Assembly: GCA_012295275.1 (NCBI GenBank)
Contig: CM022672.1
Coordinates: 32,984,001 to 33,048,000, forward strand
DNA: 64,000 nucleotides
Source: Chrysomallon squamiferum
Lineage: Eukaryota > Animalia > Mollusca
Direction: 5' to 3'
Translations under genes and position numbers: made by a program
Notes under the pieces: generated by a model
Databases searched by the model: none
Told to the model about the DNA's origin: nothing
What the model saw: the letters and a program-made list of their open reading frames with translations, nothing else
In this document: positions 19,001-32,408 of the stretch, piece after piece
How the letters are laid out: every line of letters begins with the position of its first letter
Numbering within the stretch: the stretch's first letter is position 1

Positions 19001-20136
19001 TCAGTTTTAAGCTACCAAAATTAAACTACAATTATAATATTCAAGCAGTTCTAATCTCTCTGTTTATCTCATCTGCTGTTGAAATAAATATTTAAATTTT
19101 GTTGAAATCCTGTGATTAAAACTTAATAACTGTTCAAATTTAATATTTAAAAAAGAAAAAAAAGAAAAAAAATATATAATTAAAAAATCGTTGTTATGAA
19201 TTAACGGAACAGCAAATTAAGTTGTATGAATACATGATTGTTTAATAAAATTAACAAAGATTTAAATTAACAATTATTTTAATGTTAAAAATAACCTACA
19301 GCTCTCTTTTTGAATATTTCATCACCAGTGTGATGGTTATATGAATAAACGGCTGTTTAAAATTAACAATTATTTTAATGTTAAAAATAACCTACAGCTC
19401 TCTTTTTGATTATTTCATCACCACTTAGATAAGTATTTGAAAACATGGCTGTTTAAAATAAACAAAAATTTTAATTAGGAATTATTTTTAATGTTAAAAA
19501 TAACCTACAGCTTTCTCTTTAAATACTTCATCACCACTCAGATGGTAGGTGCTTAGCAACCCTCCAAGAACCCGAATTGTGATTTCAAACAAGTTCACGT
19601 CTTTGTTTATATCAAACGTTAATTTGCTAGCAACCCACTCGCGAGCTTCATCAAACTCTGAAATTAAAAAAAATGATTTCTTCAATCACTGCATGCAAAC
19701 ATATACAAAACTTCACCTGAAATCAATTTACTTTTCTTTAATAGTAAAACAAAGATAAAAAAAAAAAGTTCTCACGTTAATCTTTAATGGTTTTATTATT
19801 AATGTTTTCTTAATGAATAATATTTAAGTAAACTGCTTGTAATGGTGAATTATTTGATCAGACGAAGTGTGTGATTGAGTAACATGTACTAACATTCTGT
19901 TCTGTTAATTACCTGTATACAATTTAAACGTAAATCTGCACAGCAGTTTCTTGTTAAAAACTGCTGTTAAATGTATTTATGTGTTTGGACCAGTGAAATA
20001 AAATAGAAGACAAATTTTTAAATATTAAAGGTGTTTACTTAATATTTAATTTGGCAGACAGAATGCACATACATTTATTGTTATATATCAATTTTACTTT
20101 AAAAGTGTTTACATAATATTTAATTTGGAAGATCAC

Positions 20137-20175
<39 letters not shown>

Positions 20176-20896
20176 AACTTTAGATTAAATGTGTATACAT
20201 CCACAAATATACATTCTTATATCATGCTTTAAATTAATAAATGTATCAGAAAGATATATCAACTTTACTTTAAATGTGTTTATGTAACATTTAAAGTGGT
20301 AGATTTGGTACACACACACACACTTATCAACTTTAGAATTAAATGTGTATACATCAAGAAATATACTCTTTTTTAACATGCAAAAACATGTCAGAAAAAT
20401 ATATCAACTTTACTTTAAATGTGATTACATAACATTTAATTTGGTAAATTTGGTCCACACACACACACACACCAACTTTAGAATTAAATGTGTATACATC
20501 AAGAAGTATACTCTTTTTTAACACACTTTAGGTGCATAAACGTATAAAAAAAACAAATTTTTCAAAACAAAACTGCACAAACCTTTCTTAAGACCCATGA
20601 CTATCATTGTGTCGAGGGAGTCAATCAGGGTGAGACCAACTCCAAACCATTCTGTGTAGGATTTGCTCACTGGGTGAAAATCATCGTGGCCCCAGGCATG
20701 TTTTTTATAGGCTTTCCACGCATGAAGAAAAGCTTTTACTATCAGCCTCTGCTTCTTTGTTTGATTCTGAGCTGATGTGAAGAAGACAAAAAAGAAGAGA
20801 AAGAATAAGAATAACAATAACAATAATAATACCAATACCAGTAACAACAACACCAATACCAATATCAACAATAATAATAATACCAATTTCAACAAC

Positions 20897-20931
<35 letters not shown>

Positions 20932-21989
20932 TAACACCAATAATGATAACAATCACAATAACAATAACACCAACAAAAAAAATATCATTTATAGATAAAG
21001 CATTCAGTTTCAGTTAAAATTATAAAAATATAGCAAAATATAAAATAATTATAATAGTAATAAAGAAATTATAAGAAATACTTAATGACATTTTAATTCT
21101 TTTTTTTATTTTACATTTGTCGATCTATTTTTGAGTAAAAACAAGAAAATTAAAGCACTTACCATTGAAATAATCATATCTATTTTTATCTAGTACTACC
21201 ACTTCTTGTTTAAAGCACTTACCATTGAAATAATCATATCTATTTGTATCTAGTACTACCACTTCTTGTTTAAAGCACTTACCATTGAAATAGTCATATC
21301 TATTTGTATCTTCACTTCTTGTTTAAAGCACTTACCATTGAAATAGAAATCTAAATAATCTAGTTACCAATCTTGTTTAAAATACACCATTGAAAATCAT
21401 ATCTATTTGTATCTAGTAAACCACTTCTTGTTTAAAACTTACCCATTGAAATAGTCATATCTATTTGTATCTAAATATCAGATTTTCTGCTTTTTCTTCA
21501 ATGAAGAAATGAAATAGATATATTACAATATATAACATATTTATTTAAAATAACAAGCACTGAAATTGTAATTTTCTTCGTTACATAAAACATACAAAAA
21601 AATATCAGATTTTAAAATAACAATGAAGAAATGAAAATGAGACATATTACATAAATAAAAGTATATATTATTGTAAGAAACATACAAAAATAAAATGTTT
21701 TTGCATTTTCTATTCCTAAATAGTTATGACATATTACAGCATATATATCACAAATACCATTTGTTAAACAACATAAAATAGCATAAATAGAAAAAACACC
21801 CCCCCAAAAAAAAGAAGAAGAAAATAATATACATTACACCTAACATTATTTAAATACAAATTTAAAATAACAAGGAATGAATTAAAATGATGTATATATT
21901 AGATGCAACATATTGTTTTATGCTTTATCAATAATATCAGACAAGATTACGTTTAACTATATCCGTATGAATAACAGAATCCACACACA

Positions 21990-22032
<43 letters not shown>

Positions 22033-22204
22033 ACACAGAGACACAGACACACACACACATGTAAGCAATTACATACCAGCTGTATGCCAACATTGGATTT
22101 ATCGTCTTCTGCATGAACTGGCTCTGTTACCAACTCTTTGGTCGTTTTAAATCTCATTCTGTCTTTAGCTTTAACCTTTTTCTTAAAAATAAAATAAAAT
22201 AAAA

Positions 22205-22260
<56 letters not shown>

Positions 22261-25200
22261 AATAATAATACCCTTTTATTCCCTTAAAAAACTAGTACTA
22301 ATTTATTTTTCTTAAGACAAATGGTTACATTTTTGGCTCTTTTTTTTTTTTAATATTATAGTATCCCATTCTAGGAACTGCTCCAACCCAAACCAACATA
22401 TCTGGGGTTGATCCTAGACACATATTCCTATAAAATAATAGAAAGAAATTAATATTTGTTTTTCATTCATTTTTGAAACAACAGAATATCATATAACTGG
22501 TATATGAAAAGAATAGTTAATTTTTGTAAGATTTTCTTTCTGTCATTTTATAGTGTTTATTTTTAATATGTATGTATGTATGTATGTATATATATATATA
22601 TATTTCAAATTTGGAAACTCTAGCATAAATAGTTTTCATGCAACATCTCCCCACCCCCTAAAAACGGTGATAAAAATAAAATAAAATGAAATTCTATAAA
22701 CCATATTTCCACTTATTATGGCTATATGGATGATGTAATCTGTGCATTTAGACTTCATTTTGTAAAAAAATAACAATGACCTGCAACATTTATCTAAATT
22801 AGTGATTTTTTTATGTATATTTCCTAAAACAGTTATATAAATTAAAATTTTTTTTTTTTTTTTTTTTGCCTGTTATGTCCCCTTAAAAAACAATAAAAAC
22901 AAAATTGTACAAGTCTGTTTATTATTAATCTTCTTAAAAATAATAAAAATAAGATTATGCCAATCAGTAATACACACACAGAAGTATAAAGCAGACAAAA
23001 CATACAAATATCTGTGAAAAGGAAGGAACTAAATTGTTTTAACAGATATTTTTAATTCAGTTTATGAATTTTGAAGTCTTAATAAACCTACAGCTAATAA
23101 TGACTACCATAATGAGAAGCAAGACCATTTGTCACCCTTTAGTGAGCAAAAATTAGCAGCAAGTAATAGTTAATAGGTACCTTCCCATATTCAGTAGTTC
23201 TTTGATTTTATCAGAAGAAAAATACCACCAGTTTTGACCAATCAAATTTTAATTTTTTTTTAATTTCTTTTCATGTTTTGGAGGTTGGTGTGAGCTTGTA
23301 TTATTGGCAGCAAGTTGAAATTGATGGAGGGTTTGGTGTGCAAATGTAATTCAGTGTGTTTTAATTTACTCTGTATGTGTATGTATGTGTGTGAGTATTT
23401 GTTGCATGCATTTTGAGTGTGCATGTTCACGTGTTTGTGCATGCCAACACATTTGAAAACAAACCAAATGATGATTAAAATTATCGATTTACGAATTCAG
23501 TAAAAATGAACAATAGCTCTTATTGTGGTTTTCGTGTTAAATAAAAAAATGTATCGATATTGATTTATGATTGCAAGCTTATGTAATAAAGAACATATGT
23601 GTTAGGTTATACATGTAGGTAAATCATTTCTGCAGGCTGTGTCGGTGCTCTCTAATCATTACACATATATAAATGCTTATTTTTTCAAGGCTGTTATTGA
23701 ATTAAATATCACATCTTATTTCCCAAGAGCCAGTATTAAACAAAATAAGAAATTAAATATGCAAAAAAAAGAATAGATAAACAGAAATGCACAGACACAT
23801 ACGATGATACACATATATATACAATTTTTTTTTATATAAATATATTTATATACATACAAACATAAAGAGAGAAAAACCATTCTTTTTTTACTGATAGCCT
23901 AAAATATAACACACACACCCACAAAAACACACAGAGATACATAAAAACATACATATGGAAATACATACATACACAAACAAAAAATATAAACCTACATACA
24001 CATACAGAAGAAAAAAAAAACACCTATAAACTATATTTTTTCAAATTTGTTGTCTTGCATGATCAAAGGACAAAAGAAAAATTCTGCTTAATCATTCACC
24101 GAGTTAATTTCTATAAAACTAATCTAAAATTAAATGTTATAAATAGAGACAACAGACATGTTTTGGGTGCACCCACACACACACACATAACACAGATAGA
24201 GAGAGATAAAGATGAAAAGACTGAGAACTGATAGACAGGTAACTAGATGAATCTAGTGTTAATCAGACTATACATTTTTTTTATACAACTTTATATAAAA
24301 ACTGTGAATTAGCGTTAGAGAATGTTATGTCCTTTGAAAGACCAATTTGTAGCAGAAAACAGTTTAAACAGCCCAGAAGGGATTCACTGTATGAACCATC
24401 CACAACAAAACTCCTAAAATATTGGGATATTTATATACCTGGACACAAACAACTTCTTAGTATTTTTATTATTTTTATTATTATTATTATTTTTTTTTTT
24501 TTTTTCTTAATGAAAACCTATAGTTTTGTATCTGCAGATCCTGGAATGTATGGTCTTAGTAAAGTGTTAATGAATCTACTGAATGAGAGAATTACCATGG
24601 CAACAACAGATAAAATTCACAGGTGTTATAAACTGTTACATTTAACACTGTACTCTTAATGGTAATTATTTTTCTAAATTCTCGTGTACACGTAACTATC
24701 ATTCTATGTAAAACGAAGAAGGACTTTTTTTTTTCTTTTTTTTTTTCTGATTTTTATTTTCTGTTGTTGCTTCTATGTAAAAGCTAGGTTCTTCATTTAA
24801 CCTACAAGCAATGATGTATAAATGAATAAATGAAATGTTATAAATATCTGAAATCATTTTTATATTGACGGTCATAATTAAATATAGGAATCATTTATAT
24901 CAAAATGGATGGTTTGGAAAATGTTTAAGATTTTGGAATATAAGTATCCAGCCTAATAATAGGATCTAAATTCAAATACGATTTCCATTTACATTTCCAT
25001 ATATACAGTTATATGAAAGGTCTGCAGTGTCTTCTTTTTAATATGATAATTTTTAAAATTTTGCTCATAAAATAAAGTTTTTGCATGCAAAGCAATCAGA
25101 AGACTGTAAGATATCACCATGTCTGCTGCTTAGAAAAATGTTTCTGATTAGAAAAATCTTCAGATTTTGGATACAAGATCCTCTATCTGTGTCTGTTTAT

Positions 25201-25441
25201 ATATCTATATATATCTATATATATAGATATAGATTTATAATGTTTGGCAAGTTTTCTAACTTCATCAAAGACCACGTCATGTATGTTATTATGCTATTAA
25301 ATACTTAATAAATAGCCTGAAGAGTGCCAGCTGTTATTTATCTTTTCTATAAACTTTTAGTTAATAATGTGTGCATTTTATTTGTGGTGATATCACAATG
25401 TAAAGTATCTGTCAGATCTGTCAGATTTCAGAATTTCCAAT

Positions 25442-25477
<36 letters not shown>

Positions 25478-28400
25478 TTTTATATAGAATCATCAAAGAC
25501 AAAGTTATGTATTTTATTATGCTATTAAATTGCTTGAAGCTAACTAATTAAAAACCCTGAAGAGCATCAGCTCTTATTTATCTTTTCTAAAAACATTTTA
25601 TTAATAATTTATTAAAATGTGTGCTTTTCATTCATAGCGAGTTCAGAATGTAAAATATCTGTAAGACAGAAGGTCCTCATAACAGATTCTGTTGGATTTC
25701 AAATCAAACTTTCTTGGTCGTACATTTATTTTTCATTCTAGCCAATACTCCAGTCTACATGTGCACACAATATTTATTAATAACCCACAATTGATTCTTT
25801 TGAGCATTTTTTTAAACCTAGAAAAATATTTCCTGTGGTTTCTCTCAATACCTTTTTCACTACATCAGTTCAACACTGCACATGTAAAAACACTATTCCA
25901 ACAAGTTTATATATTGGTAATTTATTTTAAAGCTATTAGCCTATTAAAACATTATTTATTTATATAAATAAGAGTCAAGGTTTGTCCTTTAGTTTATCTA
26001 ATTGGTTTTCTTTGTCTTTTTTAAACATCAGCAACACATATTGCATAATTACAGTGTATTATAAATTAAAACTGATTTTTACAGCTATAACTTATCAAAA
26101 CATCATTTGTTTATGTAAATAAGTGTCAAGATTTGTATTTTTGTTTCTCTAGCTGGTTTTCGTTATTATGTTTTTTTAATATCAACAACACATACTGCAT
26201 AATTACAGAACTTTATAAATATAACTGATTTTTAACCTATCAACACATCATTTATTTATGTAAACAGGTGTCAAGATTTGTCCTTTAGTTTCTCTATCTG
26301 GATTTATTTTTATTTTTTTCAACGCCAGCTACACAAATTACACAATTACAATACTTTACGTATGCCACAACTTGATAATCCTCAAACTTTTAAACCTACC
26401 AAAATATCATTTATCTGATGCCTCGCTTTCTCCTTTAACTTCTCCAGCTCCTTCTCTCTGTCTTTATCTCCAGCAAGTGTGGAGAGGTTTTCCATGTGGT
26501 TTCCAGCCTTGTGTCGTTTGGCCAGCAGTTCGAGTTCCTCTCTCTCTAAATCCCGATAAATGACTGTGATGTAAAATCCACTGACCATTGACACGACCAG
26601 CAGAAAACAGAGCACACTTTTCTGGAGCCTCGAGAGTCGGTACCAAGACTGAAAGAGTAACAACCAAAAACAAAAGTTTACGTCTGCAAACATAACGTTT
26701 ATCCTGTGAATATGTTTTAAAATGTGTCCTTTCGTTACTGCAGTATTGTTAAAACAAAAGTTTACATCTGCAAACATATCGTTATTCCATGAATATATTT
26801 CAAAATGTGTCCTTTCGTTACTGCAGTATTGTTAAAACAAAAGTTTACATCTGCAAACATAACGTTTATCTGTGGATATATTTTAAATGTCATTTGTTAA
26901 AATCCATATTTATGAATACAGTGAATTGTAACAATAAAGAAGAAAAAAACACAGAAGATGCGTCATAAAATAGTGAAAGTGTCAAACATTTGATGTTAAT
27001 AAATTGTTCTGTACATATAAATTATACAAATATATATTTTCATAATAAAAAAAAATAATAAAAAAAAAAAGAATGTTAGAAATAAATATTAATCATAAAA
27101 TAATATATTTTATTGTAAGTGTGTGTGTTTTGTATGAAAACAGAAAAAATATCTATCTATCTAAACACACATTTAATTTAAAAGGTAACAAAATTATAAA
27201 TATATATATATATATATATATATAAACTCATGTACACAAGTAAAATTATTCTGTATCTATAATCTTGTATTTTTTAAAAATTAATTTATGTAATGCAAGT
27301 ATCATTTTAGATCAACGACATAGACTGTAGCACCTGAAACATAAATGTCATCACTGATTTGAACCACAGAATAAAAAGCAATATGAAATGTGAACAGTAC
27401 TGCGTAATATGAAATATTATCTCTTGTTTGAAACTTTTAAAACACTACAAACTCTATACTATAAAAAATAAACAACTACTGAAAAAAAAAACTCCTTGCT
27501 GAAACAGATTTTTGAATGAAATAATCTAGTTTTATTTAATATTTATGTGTGAAAAGGTAACATGTAAACTGAAATAATGGATATCTTTTAAATACAGTAA
27601 GAATAAAAGTCAGACAAAAAGAAAATAACCATTAGATAAACGTTTTAATATCATTAATTTTTTGCCTAGCAAAACATGAACCCCAAAACTTGAACAAAAA
27701 TCTATAGTAGATACTTTTTTCAGTTAGGTGTGTTTTCTCTACAAAGAAATACTATTTTAAGAAACAGTTATATTTAAAACATCTAAAAATCTAGGTGGAT
27801 TTGAAAATAATATACTTGTAATGCTTCAGGTGAAAAAAACAAACCTATTTAACAATGATTAATACAAAAAGCCTTTGAACATTTCTATTAATATTTAACT
27901 AACTGTATACTGTTGTTACAAACTATAAGCATGAATAATAAAAAAAAAAATAATTAAAAAATCAATTTGAACCTTGTTGCATATTTTATGTGTGATGACT
28001 TTTTCCAATAAGCTTTCTTCTGGCAAATTCTAATGAGGTAAGCATTTTAACTAAGATATTTTCTGTATTTTAATTAAATGCTTATTTCTTTGAATACTCA
28101 AATAAGGTCTTTTCTCTTACATATGTTCACATCTGCTAATTAAGTTTACAGTGAATCTTTATGACATTTTTAAAAAATTATTTTTAGTTTTTTTGATATT
28201 TAGAAGAGAAAACAAAATTTATAAAAAAAAAATCATTCTAAATACTAACAATGATTTTTGTCTAGAAAGTAATCTTTGCCAAAAATTTCCACAATAATAA
28301 TAATAATAATGATAATAATAATAGCATCAAGAAAATCCACAATATCTGTTAATAATTTATTTCAAAATGTTCACTCAGAGGAAAACATAACTAATAATTA

Positions 28401-30528
28401 TCACTCAAAGTAAAGAGATTATCATTTAATGTTTCATAATATATTAATCCTTTGATTGGTGTATTTCATTAATCCTGTGATGTCATTGGTCAACGTTAAT
28501 CAACATTAGGAACCCAGGCAAAATAATTGCTATGAATCCTTGAAAAAAAAAAAAAAAAAAAATAAATAAATAATAATTAAATAAATACAAAGAATATTTA
28601 ATTTAACTTTAAAGCATTTATTTTGTTATTATTTATTTAAATTTATTTGAACATGAAATATGCTCCTCAGCTTTATTTATTTTACAAAACTGAACTTTAC
28701 ATTGCACATGGTGCTTTGTTCTTTCAGTATAACATTTTACATGATGCAAAAAAAAAGAAGTAATTACATGGTACAAGACAAAGAAAACAAAATACCCATG
28801 AATGTTTTAAACCACAGTGACTACCAATGATTACAGATAAGCCAAAGCTATTGAGATCAAATACATATTTGTGAAAAATAACCCTGGTATGAGATAACTT
28901 TAGCTGTTCTGTCTTTTTGACCACACTATAAAGTTTAATCATGTGTATTTAACAAATTATTAGGATTTCTAATTTTTGTTATTTCAAATTCTTTCTTAGT
29001 GTTTTTTCACATATATGCACTGGTATTTTGCTGTCTTTTAATTTCTGTCTGGTTTCTTAAAATTAAATATATATATATATATTTTTTTTTTTGGTTTGTA
29101 TAAATCTTGGATGTACTTTTTTATTATTATTACTGCTCAAGTAATAAAAAGTAATAAAAGAATCATGGTATATCTATATTTAAGTTTTTTGAGCAATTAT
29201 ATACTGATAATATATATATATATATATACTACAATGAGGCAAATGCCTCATACTCAAACTGCAGAAATTGTTGTTTTTTGGTGTTTTTTAATTTGTTTTA
29301 TACAAAGATTTCTGTTTAAGAAATATAAAATTTAAATCCATATTCCGAAAGAAACAATATCGTTTATGTCTACAGTTACTGTTTGAAGTCTACCAACATC
29401 GTTGGGATGGAGGACACAACTGACTTCAAAGACATCAGACATCAAACAGGTTTATCAACGATTGAGCATTTTTGCATCATTTCAAAAACAGTCTACTTAT
29501 GGATATATATATATATAATTATAATTTGTAAATAATCATTTTCATAATCTGTAATTGTTTTGGCAAATATTACACAGAAAACATTTTAAAAAGTCAAAGT
29601 GAAAAGGAACCAAACTGTCTGATGTGAAAACTGAGATGACTTTACTGACACAGTTTTCATTATAACTTGATTGAGTAATATTTTACTACATATGTGTTCT
29701 TTGAACATGACAGCCTATTTGAAAAATGTTTGGAAATACACTAAGCAGATTTATAAAGTTAAATAATAATAATAATATATATATATATAAAAAAATATAT
29801 AGATAAGAAAATAACTGGTGCTAAATGAAGTTAATCCAATTTTCTGTAATGTATTTTAATTTTACTATTTCTTGTTGAACAATAATTACATATTTTGGCA
29901 ATTTTAATTACCAACCATAACAGTTTTCTGCTTCAAAATATTCTGAAAACTGATCATTGCAAAATTATATTAAATAAATTAATAAATAAATAATAAAACC
30001 AGACATTGGAAACATGAAGTCACTATACAGACTTTACCTTGCTGAACTGATCAAAACAAAATCTACCCAGTAATGTCAATGTGACAGTGATCATTTGTTA
30101 CAGTAAAGCTATTCACGTAAAAGAAAACACCACTTTATAACTCTCAAGAAATTAATGAAGTTTTTTTTTGTTTTTTTAAATTCGAAATTTAAGTTACCTC
30201 TGTTCCACTACTTTGAAAGTTTAAACAAAACTTTAATACAAGTAACAAATTTGATTTTTTATTTATAAAGCTGTCTTTGAAATGTTTACAGTGCAAAAAT
30301 AGAAAGTAATATCTATGTAAGTATTATAATTTATAATGTGCCTTTAATGCTTCAACTGAAATTTATTGCAATAATAATTAAATTAATATTGTAAATGTAA
30401 TTCACTGTATAAAACCAACTTACTCTCCATATAGACTGGCGACGGCGCAATTTCAAGTCACTTTTAGCTTCTGCGTCAGTTTCGATTGTAAGTGTGGAAT
30501 AATCATTCCTTCGTTCAGTACCGATCAT
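14443..30528 (-). CDS. MAN1B1: ER mannosyl-oligosaccharide 1,2-alpha-mannosidase (ERManI, glycoside hydrolase family 47)
   Basis: Exons 30528-30424, 26648-26400, 22181-22077, one unresolved exon ending in the 21151-21475 repeat, 20771-20583, 19657-19509, 18733-18545, 17707-17520, 16858-16735, 15794-15600, 14775-14443. [18 protein letters not shown] followed by a TM segment matches the MAN1B1 N-terminus. GH47 motifs: [93 protein letters not shown]. In-frame stops lie just upstream of the ATG. Confidence 0.96.
17041..17196. mobile_element. Tc1/mariner-type MITE
   Basis: Imperfect terminal inverted repeats of about 27 bp (CATGGTGGTCCAAAGTAGGTTGTCAG and CTGTCCACCTACTTTTGGAACACCCTG), each flanked by TA, around an AT-rich non-coding interior. 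Confidence 0.75.
17930..18535. repeat. Minisatellite, unit about 68 bp, about 8-9 degenerate copies, MAN1B1 intron
   Basis: Recurrent tttcataaatatacctgaacaatcatgtaaacttcatttacatttaaaaatttattattttaacc. Confidence 0.85.
19262..19545. repeat. Tandem repeat of about 100-120 bp (3 copies) containing a MAN1B1 exon end and donor
   Basis: aatgttaaaaataacctacagct...ttcatcacca at about 19281, 19377 and 19490; the last copy is the real junction. Confidence 0.85.
20080..20520. repeat. Tandem repeat of about 150-175 bp with an embedded (CA)n run, 3 copies
   Basis: atatatcaactttactttaaatgtg...cacacac...caactttagaattaaatgtgtatacatc repeated. Confidence 0.8.
21151..21475. repeat. 60-bp tandem repeat (about 6 copies) made of a MAN1B1 exon 3' end plus splice donor
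   Basis: Unit taaagcacttaccattgaaataatcatatctatttgtatctagtactaccacttcttgtt. The first two copies are near-perfect, later ones carry indels. Confidence 0.9.
23020..23200 (-). mobile_element. Highly degenerate SINE fragment related to the copy at 62280-62605
   Basis: attagcagcaag...ttcccat resembles the conserved domain seen as aacagcaagggatcttttta at about 62411-62430. Confidence 0.3.
25250..26340. repeat. Two adjacent intronic duplications (periods about 235 bp and about 150 bp)
   Basis: catcaaagac...ttattatgctattaaat...cctgaagag at about 25263 and 25491; gtcaagatttgtcctttagtttctcta at about 25975, 26125 and 26270. Confidence 0.75.
26665..26900. repeat. 84-bp tandem repeat (about 2.7 copies) abutting the MAN1B1 exon-2 acceptor
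   Basis: aaaacaaaagtttacatctgcaaacata...aaaatgtgtcctttcgttactgcagtattgtt repeated. Confidence 0.85.
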
Positions 30529-30993
30529 AATTATCTTCAAAATATATGCACATCACTACAAATACATGCCGTGTTTTCCTCCTCGCCAGCAGAACTCAAC
30601 ATGCGATAAAAAATAAACCTATACTACAATAATGCTACGCCTTTATACGAAATTAAACAACAGTCTATAAAATTTACTTGTATGTAAATGGATTATTTCT
30701 TTAATTAATTATTAGCATTTACCATTTTTTAATTTTATTTCGAATTATTTTTCGTATTTATAAAAAAAAAAATTGCTGACTTTTAATTACTATCTGATTT
30801 AAAAAATTATTTTTATTTAAGTAATTTCGATTCGTATAATTATTAATTTTAACATTTATTATTTCTCAAGAGAAAAGCGTAGCAGATTAAAGTTACAGAC
30901 AGAGATACAGTTAACTCTTTGCAGGATGCTGAAAGTATGAAAATGAGTTATTCACTGACTATGTGAACAAATGACCAAAAGAACGTTAGATCA
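30529..30993. promoter_or_regulatory. Shared bidirectional promoter and 5'-UTR region of MAN1B1 and DR1
   Basis: Divergent start codons are separated by only 465 bp (30528 on -, 30994 on +). Confidence 0.7.
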
Positions 30994-32376
30994 ATGGCAG
31001 AAAGCAGAGAAAATAAAGGCGACGACGATGACTTGAGTATTCCCAGAGCAGCGTTAAACAAAATGATAAAAGAATTAGTTCCTAATATCCGTGTTGCGAA
31101 TGAATCGAGAGAATTGATTTTGAACTGTTGTACAGAATTTATTCATCTTGTTTCGTCGGAAGCAAATGAAATTTGTAATCGACAGCAGAAAAAGACTATA
31201 TCTCCAGATCATGTTCTTTTAGGTTTGTTTAACAAATGTGTTTTCGTATTATATAATACTACAGTTTAACTTTTTAGTTTCACTTTCAGGCATGGGCAAA
31301 TTTGTTATTTCTTTTCATCATTTCTTTCTTCAAATACTATTAGTATTAATAAGCATTAAAACGTTTAATTTAATTTAGTATTGTTAATAGTATAATGTGA
31401 TTCAGCAACATTAAAATTAGGAACAGCTTTTGAAACAAAATTAAAGCATAGCACTTGAAATGAAACTAGATTATATTCAAGTGGTCTGAATGGGTAAATG
31501 AAATAGAAACAATATGTTGAAGATAAAAGCCTTTTGAAGAATATATTTGTAATCTGAAATAATTTTTAATTTAACAACATTATTTTAACAGTGCTTTCGT
31601 TTAACAACAGTTTTTTTTCTTTTTTTTTCCTCCAAGCATGCCATTTACCTCCCTTTATTACCTTTGAGATTTAGTTATTTAGACAAGTGCAGTAATACAA
31701 CAGCAAATGCTTTTTTTTTATTTTCTCACATTGTTACACCAAAATCATAGTTTTCATACCTAATAATTTTGTCAAATTTTGTATTTGTTCTGAATGAGAT
31801 GTTATTTAAACACTTATAAATTATCTGAGTTTGCTTTAAACATTTGGAATCAGCTGGGACTGCAAGTGAGAGATTTTCTGCTCCAGGTAGCTATTATTTT
31901 GATCGAGGTCGCTTGACAAGCAAGTGATGAATTGGTTTGTCTCTGCTGAACTGTGTGACTCAACAGATGAGTGATGATAATGACTGTTTTGTTTTCACAG
32001 ATTAAAAAAGGAAATTATCACTGGACTCTCTCCCAGTGAAATGACTGTGCCATTTCAAACTACACAAAATAAATTTCCAAAAATCATTTCAATGGAAATT
32101 AATGGGTGAAAGGGAGACTGGATCACCAATGATTTGCTGAATGACCCATGACAAGTGGTTAACTCAGTGATTTAAACTAGGTTGTGATTGATCACAGGAT
32201 CAATACTCAATGTTGCTTTTTTTTTTAAAAACCTTCTTTTTAACCAACAGCCATTCTATGAATTTTTGGGGTCTAGTTAGATTGGTCATCAGGATCAGTA
32301 ATCAGCTGTTACTTTTTTTTTCCCAAATTCTTTTGAAATCTTAAAATTTAATTTTTAAATTATTTTTTTGGTTATT

Positions 32377-32408
<32 letters not shown>

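Noticed and set aside
21151-21475. CRISPR-like regular repeats
   Set aside because: Head-to-tail tandem units with no unique spacers, no cas genes, and a eukaryotic intron context.
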